NCBI RefSeq assembly: GCF_021054785.1
Contig: NZ_CP088239.1
Coordinates: forward strand, 1,740,001-1,772,000
Length of the DNA stretch: 32,000 nucleotides
From: Tannockella kyphosi
GTDB taxonomy: Bacteria; Bacillota_I; Bacilli_A; Erysipelotrichales; Coprobacillaceae
Direction: 5' to 3'
The notes below the pieces were generated by a model. That model saw only the letters and a list, made by a program, of their open reading frames with translations, was not told the origin of the DNA and searched no databases. Position 1 is the stretch's first letter. Each line of letters starts with the position of its first letter. This document shows, piece by piece, positions 1 to 8,295 of this stretch. The position numbers were made by a program, and so were the translations under genes.

Positions 1-899
1 TTGCTTGGAATATAGCCAAGACTATTAAGAATAGCCATCATTACAAACCCAACAATAAACCAAGGAAATAAAGCTAAGAAAGGAACTGATTTCTTTTCCA
101 CTTGATGATGATGTAGAATCTCTCCTATTTGTTCTGTTTGACTTACTTCATAAGCATTTATTTGTAACTTAGTTGCTTCTTGATTTTCTTTCTTTTTTAA
201 ATACATATGAATACAAGCAAAAATTACTACCGTAGGTATAATCGCTAATGTTCTTGTTAGCTTTACCATTGTCGCAAAATCACCAGCTGCTTCACTAAAA
301 GCATACCCTGCAGCAACAACACTCGAAGTATCATTGACAGCTGTTCCAGCCCATAAGCCATATGCCATATCACTCAATCCTAATGCATTCCCCATAATTG
401 GAAAAGCCAAAATCATTAACATATCAAAAATAAAAGTAGCAGACATTGCATACGCTATTTCTTCATCTTTTGCCTCAATAACTGGAGCTATTGCCGCTAT
501 CGCTGAACCTCCACATATTCCTGTCCCAGCAGATATAAGATTTGATATCTTCCAATCTAATCCTAATAATTTCCCAATAAAATAACCACCACCAAAACAT
601 GTCAATAACGTAAAAAACATCACCGTAAGAGACATTCTCCCTACCGTTAATATCGTTTGAATACTTAAAGAAGCCCCTAATAAAATAATCGCTAATTTTA
701 ATAACTTCTTTGATGTAAACTTAAACCCTTCTTTTAAAGAATCTACCTGAAAGAAATGATTCCCAAACATTCCCAAAAACATCGCTATAATCGATGCTCC
801 AATCATATGAATCGGTAACAATTCTTCGATCCATTGTGCTACAAATGCAACCAAGAAACAAACCAATACTCCTGGTATAATTTTTATTATTTTATTCAT
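1..899 (-). CDS. YeiH/UPF0324-family putative exporter, N-terminal ~299 codons (3' end runs off the left edge)
   Basis: Absent from the ORF track because it is open at the window edge. Manual reverse translation from ATG 899-897 gives MNKIIKIIPGVLVCFLVAFVAQWIEELLPIHMIGASIIAMFLGMF...SAGTGICGGSAIAA...LWAGTAVNDTSSVVAAG...PWFIVGFVMMAILNS with no stop down to position 1. GGAGG lies 7 nt upstream. It has a divergent LysR partner, as in yeiH-yeiE pairs. Confidence 0.8.
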   Translation of the reverse strand, partial: MNKIIKIIPGVLVCFLVAFVAQWIEELLPIHMIGASIIAMFLGMFGNHFFQVDSLKEGFKFTSKKLLKLAIILLGASLSIQTILTVGRMSLTVMFFTLLTCFGGGYFIGKLLGLDWKISNLISAGTGICGGSAIAAIAPVIEAKDEEIAYAMSATFIFDMLMILAFPIMGNALGLSDMAYGLWAGTAVNDTSSVVAAGYAFSEAAGDFATMVKLTRTLAIIPTVVIFACIHMYLKKKENQEATKLQINAYEVSQTEQIGEILHHHQVEKKSVPFLALFPWFIVGFVMMAILNSLGYIPS

Positions 900-997
900 T
901 TTCATACCTCCATGGTTGATTATATAACAAATTATTGATAAAATAAATTAATTAGATTTTATGAATTGATAAATATATCTTATTAAAGGAGAATGCT

Positions 998-1852
998 ATG
1001 ATTGATACTAGAATTTATACTTTTTTAGAATTATGCAAACAAATGAATTATCGCAAAACAGCAGAAGCATTACATATTACCCAACCTGGTGTAAGTCAAC
1101 ATATTAAATATTTAGAAAACTTATATGAATGTACTTTATTTAATTACCATAACAAAATACTTACAAAAACAAAAAAATGCATTGAATTAGAACAATCTGC
1201 TCGTTCTATTCTTTCTTTAAATGATTCTTTAAAAGAATCATTACGTTCCAATGATTTAGTATCTATTCATATTGGAGCTACTAGAACAATAGGAGATTAT
1301 GTCATTGATCAAATAGTAATGGAATTATTAAAAGATCCTTCTATTGATTTTCATTTAACTATTGATAATACTGAAGTATTATTAAAGAAACTAAATAATT
1401 TTGAATTAGATTTCTTATTATTAGAAGGTTATATTGATAAAAATATTTATGATTCTAAACTTATTTCTAAAGAAGAATTAGTTGGTATTTGTTCTAAAGA
1501 ACATCCTTTTTCAAATAAAGAAGTATCTTTATTTGAAATCTTCCAAGAAAATATCATCCTTAGAGAACAAGGCTCTGGTACTAGAGCCTTGTTAGAGAGT
1601 TTTTTATTAGAAAATAATTATTCTTTTGATTCTTTTTGTAACAAGTCTGTTATTAATAGTTACCCATTAATAGAAAAAGCCGTAGAAAATAATATCGCTA
1701 TCTCTTTTGTATATGATGTAATTCCTAAAAAGAATCCTAACTTAGCTACTTTTAGAATCAAAGATGCTTCTATTTATCATGAATTTAACTATGTTTTTTT
1801 AAAAGGAACAAACAAAGAAAAGAAGCTTCAGCTTTTGTCTATTAATCAATAA
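998..1852 (+). CDS. LysR-family transcriptional regulator
   Basis: 284-aa ORF. N-terminal HTH YRKTAEALHITQPGVSQHIKYLE, then a LysR substrate-binding-type C-terminal half. AAGGAG RBS upstream. Divergent from the YeiH-like gene. Confidence 0.9.
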   Translation: MIDTRIYTFLELCKQMNYRKTAEALHITQPGVSQHIKYLENLYECTLFNYHNKILTKTKKCIELEQSARSILSLNDSLKESLRSNDLVSIHIGATRTIGDYVIDQIVMELLKDPSIDFHLTIDNTEVLLKKLNNFELDFLLLEGYIDKNIYDSKLISKEELVGICSKEHPFSNKEVSLFEIFQENIILREQGSGTRALLESFLLENNYSFDSFCNKSVINSYPLIEKAVENNIAISFVYDVIPKKNPNLATFRIKDASIYHEFNYVFLKGTNKEKKLQLLSINQ

Positions 1853-1972
1853 ATGAAAAATATTACCAACGATTACGCTCTTCATTTTGAAGAATGTTTG
1901 AAATGTGCTGATACTGCATTATCTATTTCGAAAAACGCTGGTAAGAATACTTTTACTGCCTATTTTGAATAA
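1853..1972 (+). pseudogene. Probable remnant of a GGDEF-domain (diguanylate cyclase) gene, last ~39 codons only
   Basis: The ORF starts directly after the LysR stop (TAA ATG). It encodes MKNITNDYALHFEECLKCADTALSISKNAGKNTFTAYFE. The CADTALSISKNAGKNTF stretch fits the conserved C-terminal end of GGDEF domains (ADxALYxAKxxGKN). There is no RBS and no upstream domain. Confidence 0.35.
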
Positions 1973-1975
1973 TAG

Positions 1976-2005
1976 AAAAGCTTCCTTTTTAGGAAGCTTT
2001 TTTAA
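1976..2005. terminator. Bidirectional intrinsic terminator between the LysR unit and the convergent ABC operon
   Basis: Perfect 11-bp stem AAAAGCTTCCT / AGGAAGCTTTT with a TTTT loop. It is flanked by an A-run and a T-run. Confidence 0.7.
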
Positions 2006-2686
2006 TTAATGAGATGCTTTTTTCTTTTTTGTTTTCCCTTTTGCAGTTGATTTAAGTTCATGTACGATATCTACACGACTTGCTACATCTGGTGAATGGG
2101 TTACTAAGATAATACATTTATTTCTTTTATGAGCTAAGTCACAGAAGATATCCATGATATTTTCTTCTGTTTCTCCATCTAAGTTACCTGTTGGTTCATC
2201 TGCTAAGATAATACTAGGATCATAAGCTAATGTTCTTGCAATAGCTACCCTTTGTTGTTCACCACCTGATAATTTTAAGATTTTACGTTCTTGCATTTCT
2301 TCATCTAAACCTACTTCAAATAATAAGTCTTTTGCTACTTGTTCCTTGTTTTCCATTTTTTTACCACTTATATCCATTGATAGTACTACATTTTCAATTG
2401 CTGTTAAGTGTGGTAATAAGTTATATGATTGGAAGATTACTCCTACATATTGACTACGATATAAATATTGATTTATATCAGAAATATCTTTATCTTCATA
2501 AAGAATCTTTCCTTGTGTTGGTTTGGTAAGTCCAGATAACAAAGATAATAATGTTGTTTTACCTGCTCCTGATTTACCTACTATTGCATAAACTTTGCCA
2601 CTTTCAAAGATATAATTACAATCATTAATAATGGTTCTTCTTTTATCATAAGAATGATAAACATTTTCTAATCTAAATATATTCAT
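2006..2686 (-). CDS. ABC transporter ATP-binding protein (MacB/LolD/FtsE-like)
   Basis: Walker A GKSGAGKTT, signature LSGGEQQRVAIAR and Walker B ILADEPTGNLD. AGGAGGG RBS. Lies 12 nt downstream of the FtsX-type permease gene. Confidence 0.9.
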   Translation of the reverse strand: MNIFRLENVYHSYDKRRTIINDCNYIFESGKVYAIVGKSGAGKTTLLSLLSGLTKPTQGKILYEDKDISDINQYLYRSQYVGVIFQSYNLLPHLTAIENVVLSMDISGKKMENKEQVAKDLLFEVGLDEEMQERKILKLSGGEQQRVAIARTLAYDPSIILADEPTGNLDGETEENIMDIFCDLAHKRNKCIILVTHSPDVASRVDIVHELKSTAKGKTKKKKASH

Positions 2687-2698
2687 CTTTCTTCCCTC

Positions 2699-4252
2699 CT
2701 AAGATCTATTACTTAATATTGTTAATGGATCATAACGTAATACAGAAACAACACCTACACTACTTGCTACTACTGATAAAATTAAGGCAATTGCTAGTAA
2801 TTGTGCAATTACTTCAACATCCATAGAAACACTAATAGAATCAACATAATCAACATCACTAGTTCCCATCATACTCAAACTAGCTCCTTGTTCCATACCA
2901 CCAGCCATGCTTTCACCTTGGAAGTTTCCACCAAAGTTTTCTGAAACATCACTATAATCTGTTGATAATGATTCAATTTGATCTGCTAATAAAACATTTG
3001 CTAATGGAGTAGCAACTATTGTTCCTCCAACACCACCTATTACAATAGCTAGGATTGTAATCATAAATGTTTCACAAATAAATTGTTGTGCTACTTTTAC
3101 TTTTGGCATACCAATAGCTGCCAATACACCTATTTCATATTTTCTTTCTCTAATTGTAAAGATATTAAATAAGATTAAGATAACAGAACCAATGGCTAAT
3201 ACTACTAAGAAGAAATAAGTAGTAAAACTTGTTAAGTTTTCTAATGGTGTGATACTTGCTTCATATTCTGTTAAATCACTTGATACAACAGTATATGATT
3301 CTTCATCTAAACCAGCTTCAAATACAGATACACTAAATGATTCATAATCATCTACTGAAGCAAATGTAAATACGCCAGAAGTAGTAGCTACTAAAGTAGT
3401 ATCTAATTCAATTGTTTCATCTTCATCTACATAATATGATTCGGCTACTGACTCTGAATTAGCAGCGATTACTTGATAATAATCTTCACTAATATAAATA
3501 TTATTAGCGTAAGCATCTGTTGTTTCACAACTAAAGATACCTGTTACTTCTATTTCATATAATTCACTATCTAATGAAGGATTTGCTAATTCAATTGTAT
3601 CTCCTACTGAAATATCATTTAAATAAGCTACTTCTTGAGAAATAATACAACTAGCACTATCATCCATATCAAATACAGTTCCATCATAAATCACACATGT
3701 ACCATCAATAAAATTAGTCATACCATCATGAGTAGAAAAACTTGTTACTTCAAAATCTCCAGATGACTCTACAGAGATTCCCATCTCCATACCGCCAGCC
3801 ATACTCATACTTCCACCCATCATTTGAGATTCTCCAAATCCGGTAGTAGAAGTTTCATAAGCTTCCAAACTTGAACCATCTAATCCAATTGTTCTTGTAT
3901 AATAGAAAGAAGCTACTTCTTCTAAATCTTCATATTCTTGCAATTCTTCTAAAGATAAGCCTTCTTGCATTGCAGCCATTTCTTCCATAATTGCATCACT
4001 GTCTAATTCGAAATCTTCTCCCTCAGTTCCACGTTCAGCGAACCCTGATTCCATCATCCCAGTACGATTGGATGTAATTGTCGCACTAATAGACATACTT
4101 TCATACGTACTTTCTTTTGCTGCATTTGCACTACTACGAATACATAATGCTACACAGCTAGAAAAAGCAATCGTTACGATTAAAATAAAAATTAATATAC
4201 TTCTTCCTTTTTGTCTTGTAATGTTTTTAAAAGCATTTTTAAATATATACAT
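2699..4252 (-). CDS. FtsX-like ABC transporter permease with a large acidic extracytoplasmic domain
   Basis: Typical N-terminus MYIFKNAFKNITRQKGRS preceded by AGGAGG, so I prefer ATG 4252 over the track start at 4282. Layout is one TM, a ~310-aa loop, then three C-terminal TMs (FtsX/MacB topology). Confidence 0.85.
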   Translation of the reverse strand: MYIFKNAFKNITRQKGRSILIFILIVTIAFSSCVALCIRSSANAAKESTYESMSISATITSNRTGMMESGFAERGTEGEDFELDSDAIMEEMAAMQEGLSLEELQEYEDLEEVASFYYTRTIGLDGSSLEAYETSTTGFGESQMMGGSMSMAGGMEMGISVESSGDFEVTSFSTHDGMTNFIDGTCVIYDGTVFDMDDSASCIISQEVAYLNDISVGDTIELANPSLDSELYEIEVTGIFSCETTDAYANNIYISEDYYQVIAANSESVAESYYVDEDETIELDTTLVATTSGVFTFASVDDYESFSVSVFEAGLDEESYTVVSSDLTEYEASITPLENLTSFTTYFFLVVLAIGSVILILFNIFTIRERKYEIGVLAAIGMPKVKVAQQFICETFMITILAIVIGGVGGTIVATPLANVLLADQIESLSTDYSDVSENFGGNFQGESMAGGMEQGASLSMMGTSDVDYVDSISVSMDVEVIAQLLAIALILSVVASSVGVVSVLRYDPLTILSNRS

Positions 4253-4330
4253 AATGTGTCCTCCTTTATGTTCATTTACCACTATAGCCTTTAAATATGA
4301 TGGAAATGTGAGGAGAATATATATAAATAA

Positions 4331-4352
4331 AGGAAAAAGGGCTTTTGCCCTT
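4331..4352 (-). terminator. Intrinsic terminator after the 470-aa membrane protein gene
   Basis: Minus-strand RNA AAGGGC-AAAA-GCCCUU followed by UUUUUCCUUU. Overlaps the stop codon at 4351-4353. Confidence 0.6.
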
Positions 4353-5739
4353 AGTCATATAGTTCTATATCATCTATGTTTTCTTTTGTATAACGTAAAT
4401 CATTTATCTTTTCATATATTTCACTTGCTTCATTTGACTCCATTTTATAACAATACCATGATATATCACCATCACTATTTTTTATTAAAACAGAGACTTC
4501 ATCAAAATAATAACCATACGTTAATGCACTTACATACTCTTTATGTTTTAGACAAGCTTCATCCATTAATAAAAGCAGTTCTTCATAGTCCACAAAGTTA
4601 GTAAACTCTACTTCTTTTCCACCAGAAGATACGGAAACACTCACCACTTCTTCTTTTACATCATAACTTGTAAAAGTACCCAAACCATTACTCATTAAAA
4701 ATCCAGCAGTAGCTATAAAAGCACTACTCATACAAACCAAGAATAAACCGACTGTCTTATAATGTAAGAAGGGTTTCCCGGCACATTTCAATAACGCTAA
4801 ATAAGCAACCAAAGTAATTGATAATACAGTCACGGTAGTAGTAATACTGGCATATAATCCTGTAAACAAACAAACAAAACTACTATATACTAACATCGAA
4901 CAAATAATAAATGGATATCCCCACCATATTTTTGGTGTTTCTAATATATCTTCATGTTTACGTAACTTCATTTTATGATACGTATAGAATCCAATTAGAA
5001 CAACAAGAACAAACCAAGCAAGTTTATAGGGCATCATTGTCCATCTTAATGCATCACTTGTCGTTAGAATCTCAAAATCAAATAACATACTAGTAATTGG
5101 ATTTTGATTTAAAAACTCTTGAATATAATAAAATCCTTTATACTCATAACTTGTATATAATATCCCTGTACTATAAGCACTTGTTCTTACAATCGCTAAT
5201 CTACTAATCGTTACATATATCAAATAGCTAAGAGAAGGTATCCCTATCGTATAGGCACCTAGAAATAAGAAGGCATCTATTTTTGAATTTGCTAGTGAGC
5301 AAATACAATAAACTAATATATAAAGTATTGTCCCTGTTAAAGCTATCAAAAAACTACCAGCCGCATATAAAGAAGCATCGATATTTAATAAAGAAGCATT
5401 TAAAAACAACGCAACAATAGAAAAGCATATGTATGGTAAAAATACAATTCCATAACCAATTGCTCCATCTAATAAAAATAATTTCTCTTTTTTTAGTGGT
5501 AAAGAGCCATATACATCCATTGCTGGCTTTGAATAGTGTTTCTTAAACATCCTATATCCAACAATATAAACACTACCTAAAACATATAGAGCACTATAAA
5601 AACTAGAACCACTATAATAAGAAGAATCTAAATTATATAAATATGGTAAAACAGCTACAAATAACAAGGCACTAATACATTCAATCAATAGAAACTGTTT
5701 ATTATGTTTTATAAAATAATATATATATTTCTTAATCAT
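4351..5739 (-). CDS. Polytopic membrane protein, presumed permease partner of the upstream ABC ATPase (family not recognised)
   Basis: Roughly 10 or more hydrophobic segments followed by a ~110-aa soluble C-terminal domain. The track start at 5763 is a TTG overlapping the ATPase gene. ATG 5739 lies 1 nt after the ATPase stop, which suggests translational coupling. Confidence 0.6.
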   Translation of the reverse strand: MIKKYIYYFIKHNKQFLLIECISALLFVAVLPYLYNLDSSYYSGSSFYSALYVLGSVYIVGYRMFKKHYSKPAMDVYGSLPLKKEKLFLLDGAIGYGIVFLPYICFSIVALFLNASLLNIDASLYAAGSFLIALTGTILYILVYCICSLANSKIDAFLFLGAYTIGIPSLSYLIYVTISRLAIVRTSAYSTGILYTSYEYKGFYYIQEFLNQNPITSMLFDFEILTTSDALRWTMMPYKLAWFVLVVLIGFYTYHKMKLRKHEDILETPKIWWGYPFIICSMLVYSSFVCLFTGLYASITTTVTVLSITLVAYLALLKCAGKPFLHYKTVGLFLVCMSSAFIATAGFLMSNGLGTFTSYDVKEEVVSVSVSSGGKEVEFTNFVDYEELLLLMDEACLKHKEYVSALTYGYYFDEVSVLIKNSDGDISWYCYKMESNEASEIYEKINDLRYTKENIDDIELYD

Positions 5740-5740
5740 C

Positions 5741-6610
5741 TTATTTAGCCATCTTAGAAACAAAAATCTCTTCTAATGATAAATCCAGTACCTTACTCAT
5801 TAGTGGTTGATACGTCTCTATTTTCCTTTCTATTTCTTCTAAGTTCCCTTGTACAACCAATGTGACAATTTGTCCATTAATCGAACATTCTACTACATTT
5901 AAATCTATAAATAAATCTTCACAAACAGGTGATGCAAAAGCCATTTGAATACGATGATAACTTTCCAAACTTTCTTCTACATCATCATGACTAACAATTG
6001 TTTGATTATCTAAAACAACATAATGATCTGCAATCTTTTCAATATCACTTAAACTATGGGAACTAATAAAAACAATACTTTGATAATCCATTACTAAATC
6101 AGTAATTGCCTTTTTAATAATAGACTTCATTACTGGATCCAATCCATCAAAAGATTCATCCAACAATAACACTTTTGGACATAACGCTAATTGCAAACAA
6201 ATAAAAGCCTGTTTTTTCATTCCTTTACTAAACTTACGAATTAACTCATTTTGATTTAACTTTAATACATCCATATATTCTTGAAACTTCTCTTTATCAA
6301 AACAATCATAAAATATTTCATAAAACTCTATTAAAGAAGCAATAGTAGCATCATTTTCATAATATAAATCATCACTCAAAAACAAGATATCTTTTTTAAT
6401 TAATTCATTTTCATAAATATCCTGTCCATTATATTGACATATACCACTATCTCCTTTATAAACACCAGCAATACAACGTAATAAAGTTGTCTTACCAGCT
6501 CCATTAATACCTATTAATCCTGTAATAGATCCTTGTTCTATATGTAAACTAATATCCTTCAATACTAATTTATTACCTAATGTTTTATCAAATCCATTTA
6601 TCTCTAACAT
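5741..6610 (-). CDS. ABC transporter ATP-binding protein (ABC-2/YtrB-like)
   Basis: Walker A GINGAGKTT, signature-like FSKGMKKQ and Walker B LLLDESFDGLD. GGAGG lies 7 nt upstream. The start abuts the GntR stop codon. Confidence 0.9.
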   Translation of the reverse strand: MLEINGFDKTLGNKLVLKDISLHIEQGSITGLIGINGAGKTTLLRCIAGVYKGDSGICQYNGQDIYENELIKKDILFLSDDLYYENDATIASLIEFYEIFYDCFDKEKFQEYMDVLKLNQNELIRKFSKGMKKQAFICLQLALCPKVLLLDESFDGLDPVMKSIIKKAITDLVMDYQSIVFISSHSLSDIEKIADHYVVLDNQTIVSHDDVEESLESYHRIQMAFASPVCEDLFIDLNVVECSINGQIVTLVVQGNLEEIERKIETYQPLMSKVLDLSLEEIFVSKMAK

Positions 6611-6976
6611 CTAATTACCTCCATTATATAACTCTTCAATATAAGCTACTATTTGTTCCTTACTTACCTCAAATTGTTTTAGTCTTTCCACTGAAACTTC
6701 TATTTGTTTCATTTCTTTTTCTATTAAAACATCTTTTGCTTGATAATCCCCTATAAAATATCCTCGTTTATACGAAGAATAAATAACACCCTTTATTTCT
6801 AAATGACTGTATACTTTTGCTACCGTATTCGAATTAATATTTAATTCTTGTGCTAAACTACGAATAGAAGGCAATTTATCATCTTTTTTTAGAACACCAA
6901 TACTAGTAAAGTAAATAATTTGATTTTCTAATTGTTCAAATATAGGCGTTTTATCTTTATAATCTATTACAAACAT
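6611..6976 (-). CDS. GntR-family transcriptional regulator, short YtrA-like subfamily
   Basis: Winged-HTH segment LPSIRSLAQELNINSNTVAKVYSHLEIKGVIYS. Only ~121 aa, with no effector domain. AAGGAG lies 6 nt before ATG 6976. The 21-codon track extension (to 7039) runs through a palindromic operator-like site. Confidence 0.85.
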   Translation of the reverse strand: MFVIDYKDKTPIFEQLENQIIYFTSIGVLKKDDKLPSIRSLAQELNINSNTVAKVYSHLEIKGVIYSSYKRGYFIGDYQAKDVLIEKEMKQIEVSVERLKQFEVSKEQIVAYIEELYNGGN

Positions 6977-6996
6977 CCTGTACTCCTTTCTCAGTG

Positions 6997-7036
6997 TTGT
7001 GCTATCTGTACTACTACAATAATACAGATAGTACAA
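6997..7036. promoter_or_regulatory. 14-bp inverted repeat, candidate GntR operator
   Basis: TTGTGCTATCTGTA (6997-7010) and TACAGATAGTACAA (7023-7036) match at 13 of 14 positions as an inverted repeat with a 12-nt spacer. The site sits 21-60 nt upstream of the GntR start. Confidence 0.45.
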
Positions 7037-7123
7037 CATGTCAACTAAAATAATTATTTTTATTAAATCTATCGTCTACTCATTTCTTAAATATCATGAT
7101 AATAACCTAGCTATCTAAATTTC

Positions 7124-7152
7124 TTGACAAGGGAATATTATTTCTATATTAT
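7124..7152 (+). promoter_or_regulatory. Sigma-A type promoter for the 7186 membrane protein gene
   Basis: TTGACA (7124-7129), a 17-nt spacer, then TATTAT (7147-7152). Followed by the GTTAGC-GTAA-GCTAAC hairpin (7157-7172) and an AAGGAGG RBS. Confidence 0.5.
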
Positions 7153-7185
7153 CTTAGTTAGCGTAAGCTAACAAGGAGGCTTTAT

Positions 7186-7860
7186 ATGTTATTTATTATT
7201 TCATTGTTATTATCTTTTATATTTATCATTACTTTGTCAAAAGTTATTAAAAAATATAAAAAAACAACTTATGTACTAACTATTCTGTTTAGTATTTTCG
7301 TTACCTATGTTTATTATTCATCATTATATTTAGATTCATCACTTATTAAAACAATACTTAGTATACTTTGTGCACCTTTTGTTTTTGGTTCTTTTACAAC
7401 TGCTTTGTTTGTAGTAGTAATGTATTTAGGAATTTCTAATAAAGATGCTAGATTCACCAAAATAGCTATGCCTATTCGTAGTGAGTTAAGTATTATTGCT
7501 TGTATTACTACTTTTGTTCATAATATTAGTATGGTTTTTTATATCCATCATTATGGTTTGAATAATATGGAATTCCGTTTTGCTGCACTTATTTCACTTG
7601 TTTTAATTTTACTTTTATTGCCTTTGTTTCTAACTTCTTTCCATTGTGTAAAAACAAGATTAAAGGGGAAAACATGGAAAAGAATACAGTCACTTGCTTA
7701 TTTGTTTTATGTATTACTTTATGTTCATGTACTAATAGTAAGTATTCCAAGTGCCTGTAATGGACAAGTACGTTCGATTATAAACATTATCATCTATAGT
7801 ATTGTTTTCTTATACTATTTCCAAGCAAAAATAAAAATGATAACTAAAAAAAGTACCTAA
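7186..7860 (+). CDS. Ferric-reductase-like (YedZ/MsrQ-type) transmembrane domain protein
   Basis: Six predicted TMs. Conserved-looking segments PIRSELSIIACITTFVHNISMVFY and WKRIQSLAYLFYVLLYVHVL resemble the His-bearing helices of the ferric reductase TM family. Assignment is from memory of the motif only. Confidence 0.5.
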   Translation: MLFIISLLLSFIFIITLSKVIKKYKKTTYVLTILFSIFVTYVYYSSLYLDSSLIKTILSILCAPFVFGSFTTALFVVVMYLGISNKDARFTKIAMPIRSELSIIACITTFVHNISMVFYIHHYGLNNMEFRFAALISLVLILLLLPLFLTSFHCVKTRLKGKTWKRIQSLAYLFYVLLYVHVLIVSIPSACNGQVRSIINIIIYSIVFLYYFQAKIKMITKKST

Positions 7861-8285
7861 GTACTTTTTTTGTTTATCTTTGTTTCGCAATAGATACAAC
7901 GATAGATATGTTCTTGCTTATTTGTAAGAATAGCAATATGATCTAGTCCTTCTTCTATTGAAGTAATACAACGTGGGTTACAACATTTGACTACATTTAC
8001 TACTTTATCTGGTAACTGTAGTTTTTTCTTTTCAACCGCTTTTCCATTACGAATTATCGTTACTGTAATATTAGGATCAATATATCCTAATACATCAACA
8101 TCTACTTCAACATCATTATCTATTTTTAGAATATCTTTTTTACCCATTTTATTTGATTTTACATTTTTCATAATAGCAACACTACAATCCATTTGATCTA
8201 AATTTAAAGCTTCATATACTTCCATTACTTTTCCTGCTGTAATATGATCCAAAACAATTCCATTTACAATACTATCTATTTTCAT
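7857..8285 (-). CDS. pyrI: Aspartate carbamoyltransferase regulatory subunit
   Basis: 142 aa. N-terminal VLDHITAGK-type allosteric domain. C-terminal Zn motif CCNPRCIT...YRCIYCE (4 Cys). Lies 10 nt downstream of pyrB. Confidence 0.9.
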   Translation of the reverse strand: MKIDSIVNGIVLDHITAGKVMEVYEALNLDQMDCSVAIMKNVKSNKMGKKDILKIDNDVEVDVDVLGYIDPNITVTIIRNGKAVEKKKLQLPDKVVNVVKCCNPRCITSIEEGLDHIAILTNKQEHIYRCIYCETKINKKST

Positions 8286-8295
8286 GGTATTCTCC

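Noticed and set aside
334-585. 83-aa plus-strand track ORF
   Set aside because: It lies entirely antisense within the well-supported YeiH-family gene, has low-complexity Ala/Ile-rich sequence and has no RBS. It is a shadow ORF.
4068-4601. 177-aa plus-strand track ORF spanning the gap between two minus-strand genes
   Set aside because: It overlaps the 5' end of the FtsX permease gene, a terminator and the 3' end of the 470-aa gene. The translation is low-complexity Leu/His/Phe-rich with no motif and no RBS.
6977-7039. N-terminal extensions offered by the ORF track (also 4253-4282, 5740-5763, 11364-11393, 17274-17297, 17648-17665, 21447-21485, 27549-27581)
   Set aside because: In each case an internal ATG has a GGAGG-type RBS at proper spacing and marks where family homology begins. 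Two of the extended starts are TTG or GTG codons without an RBS.
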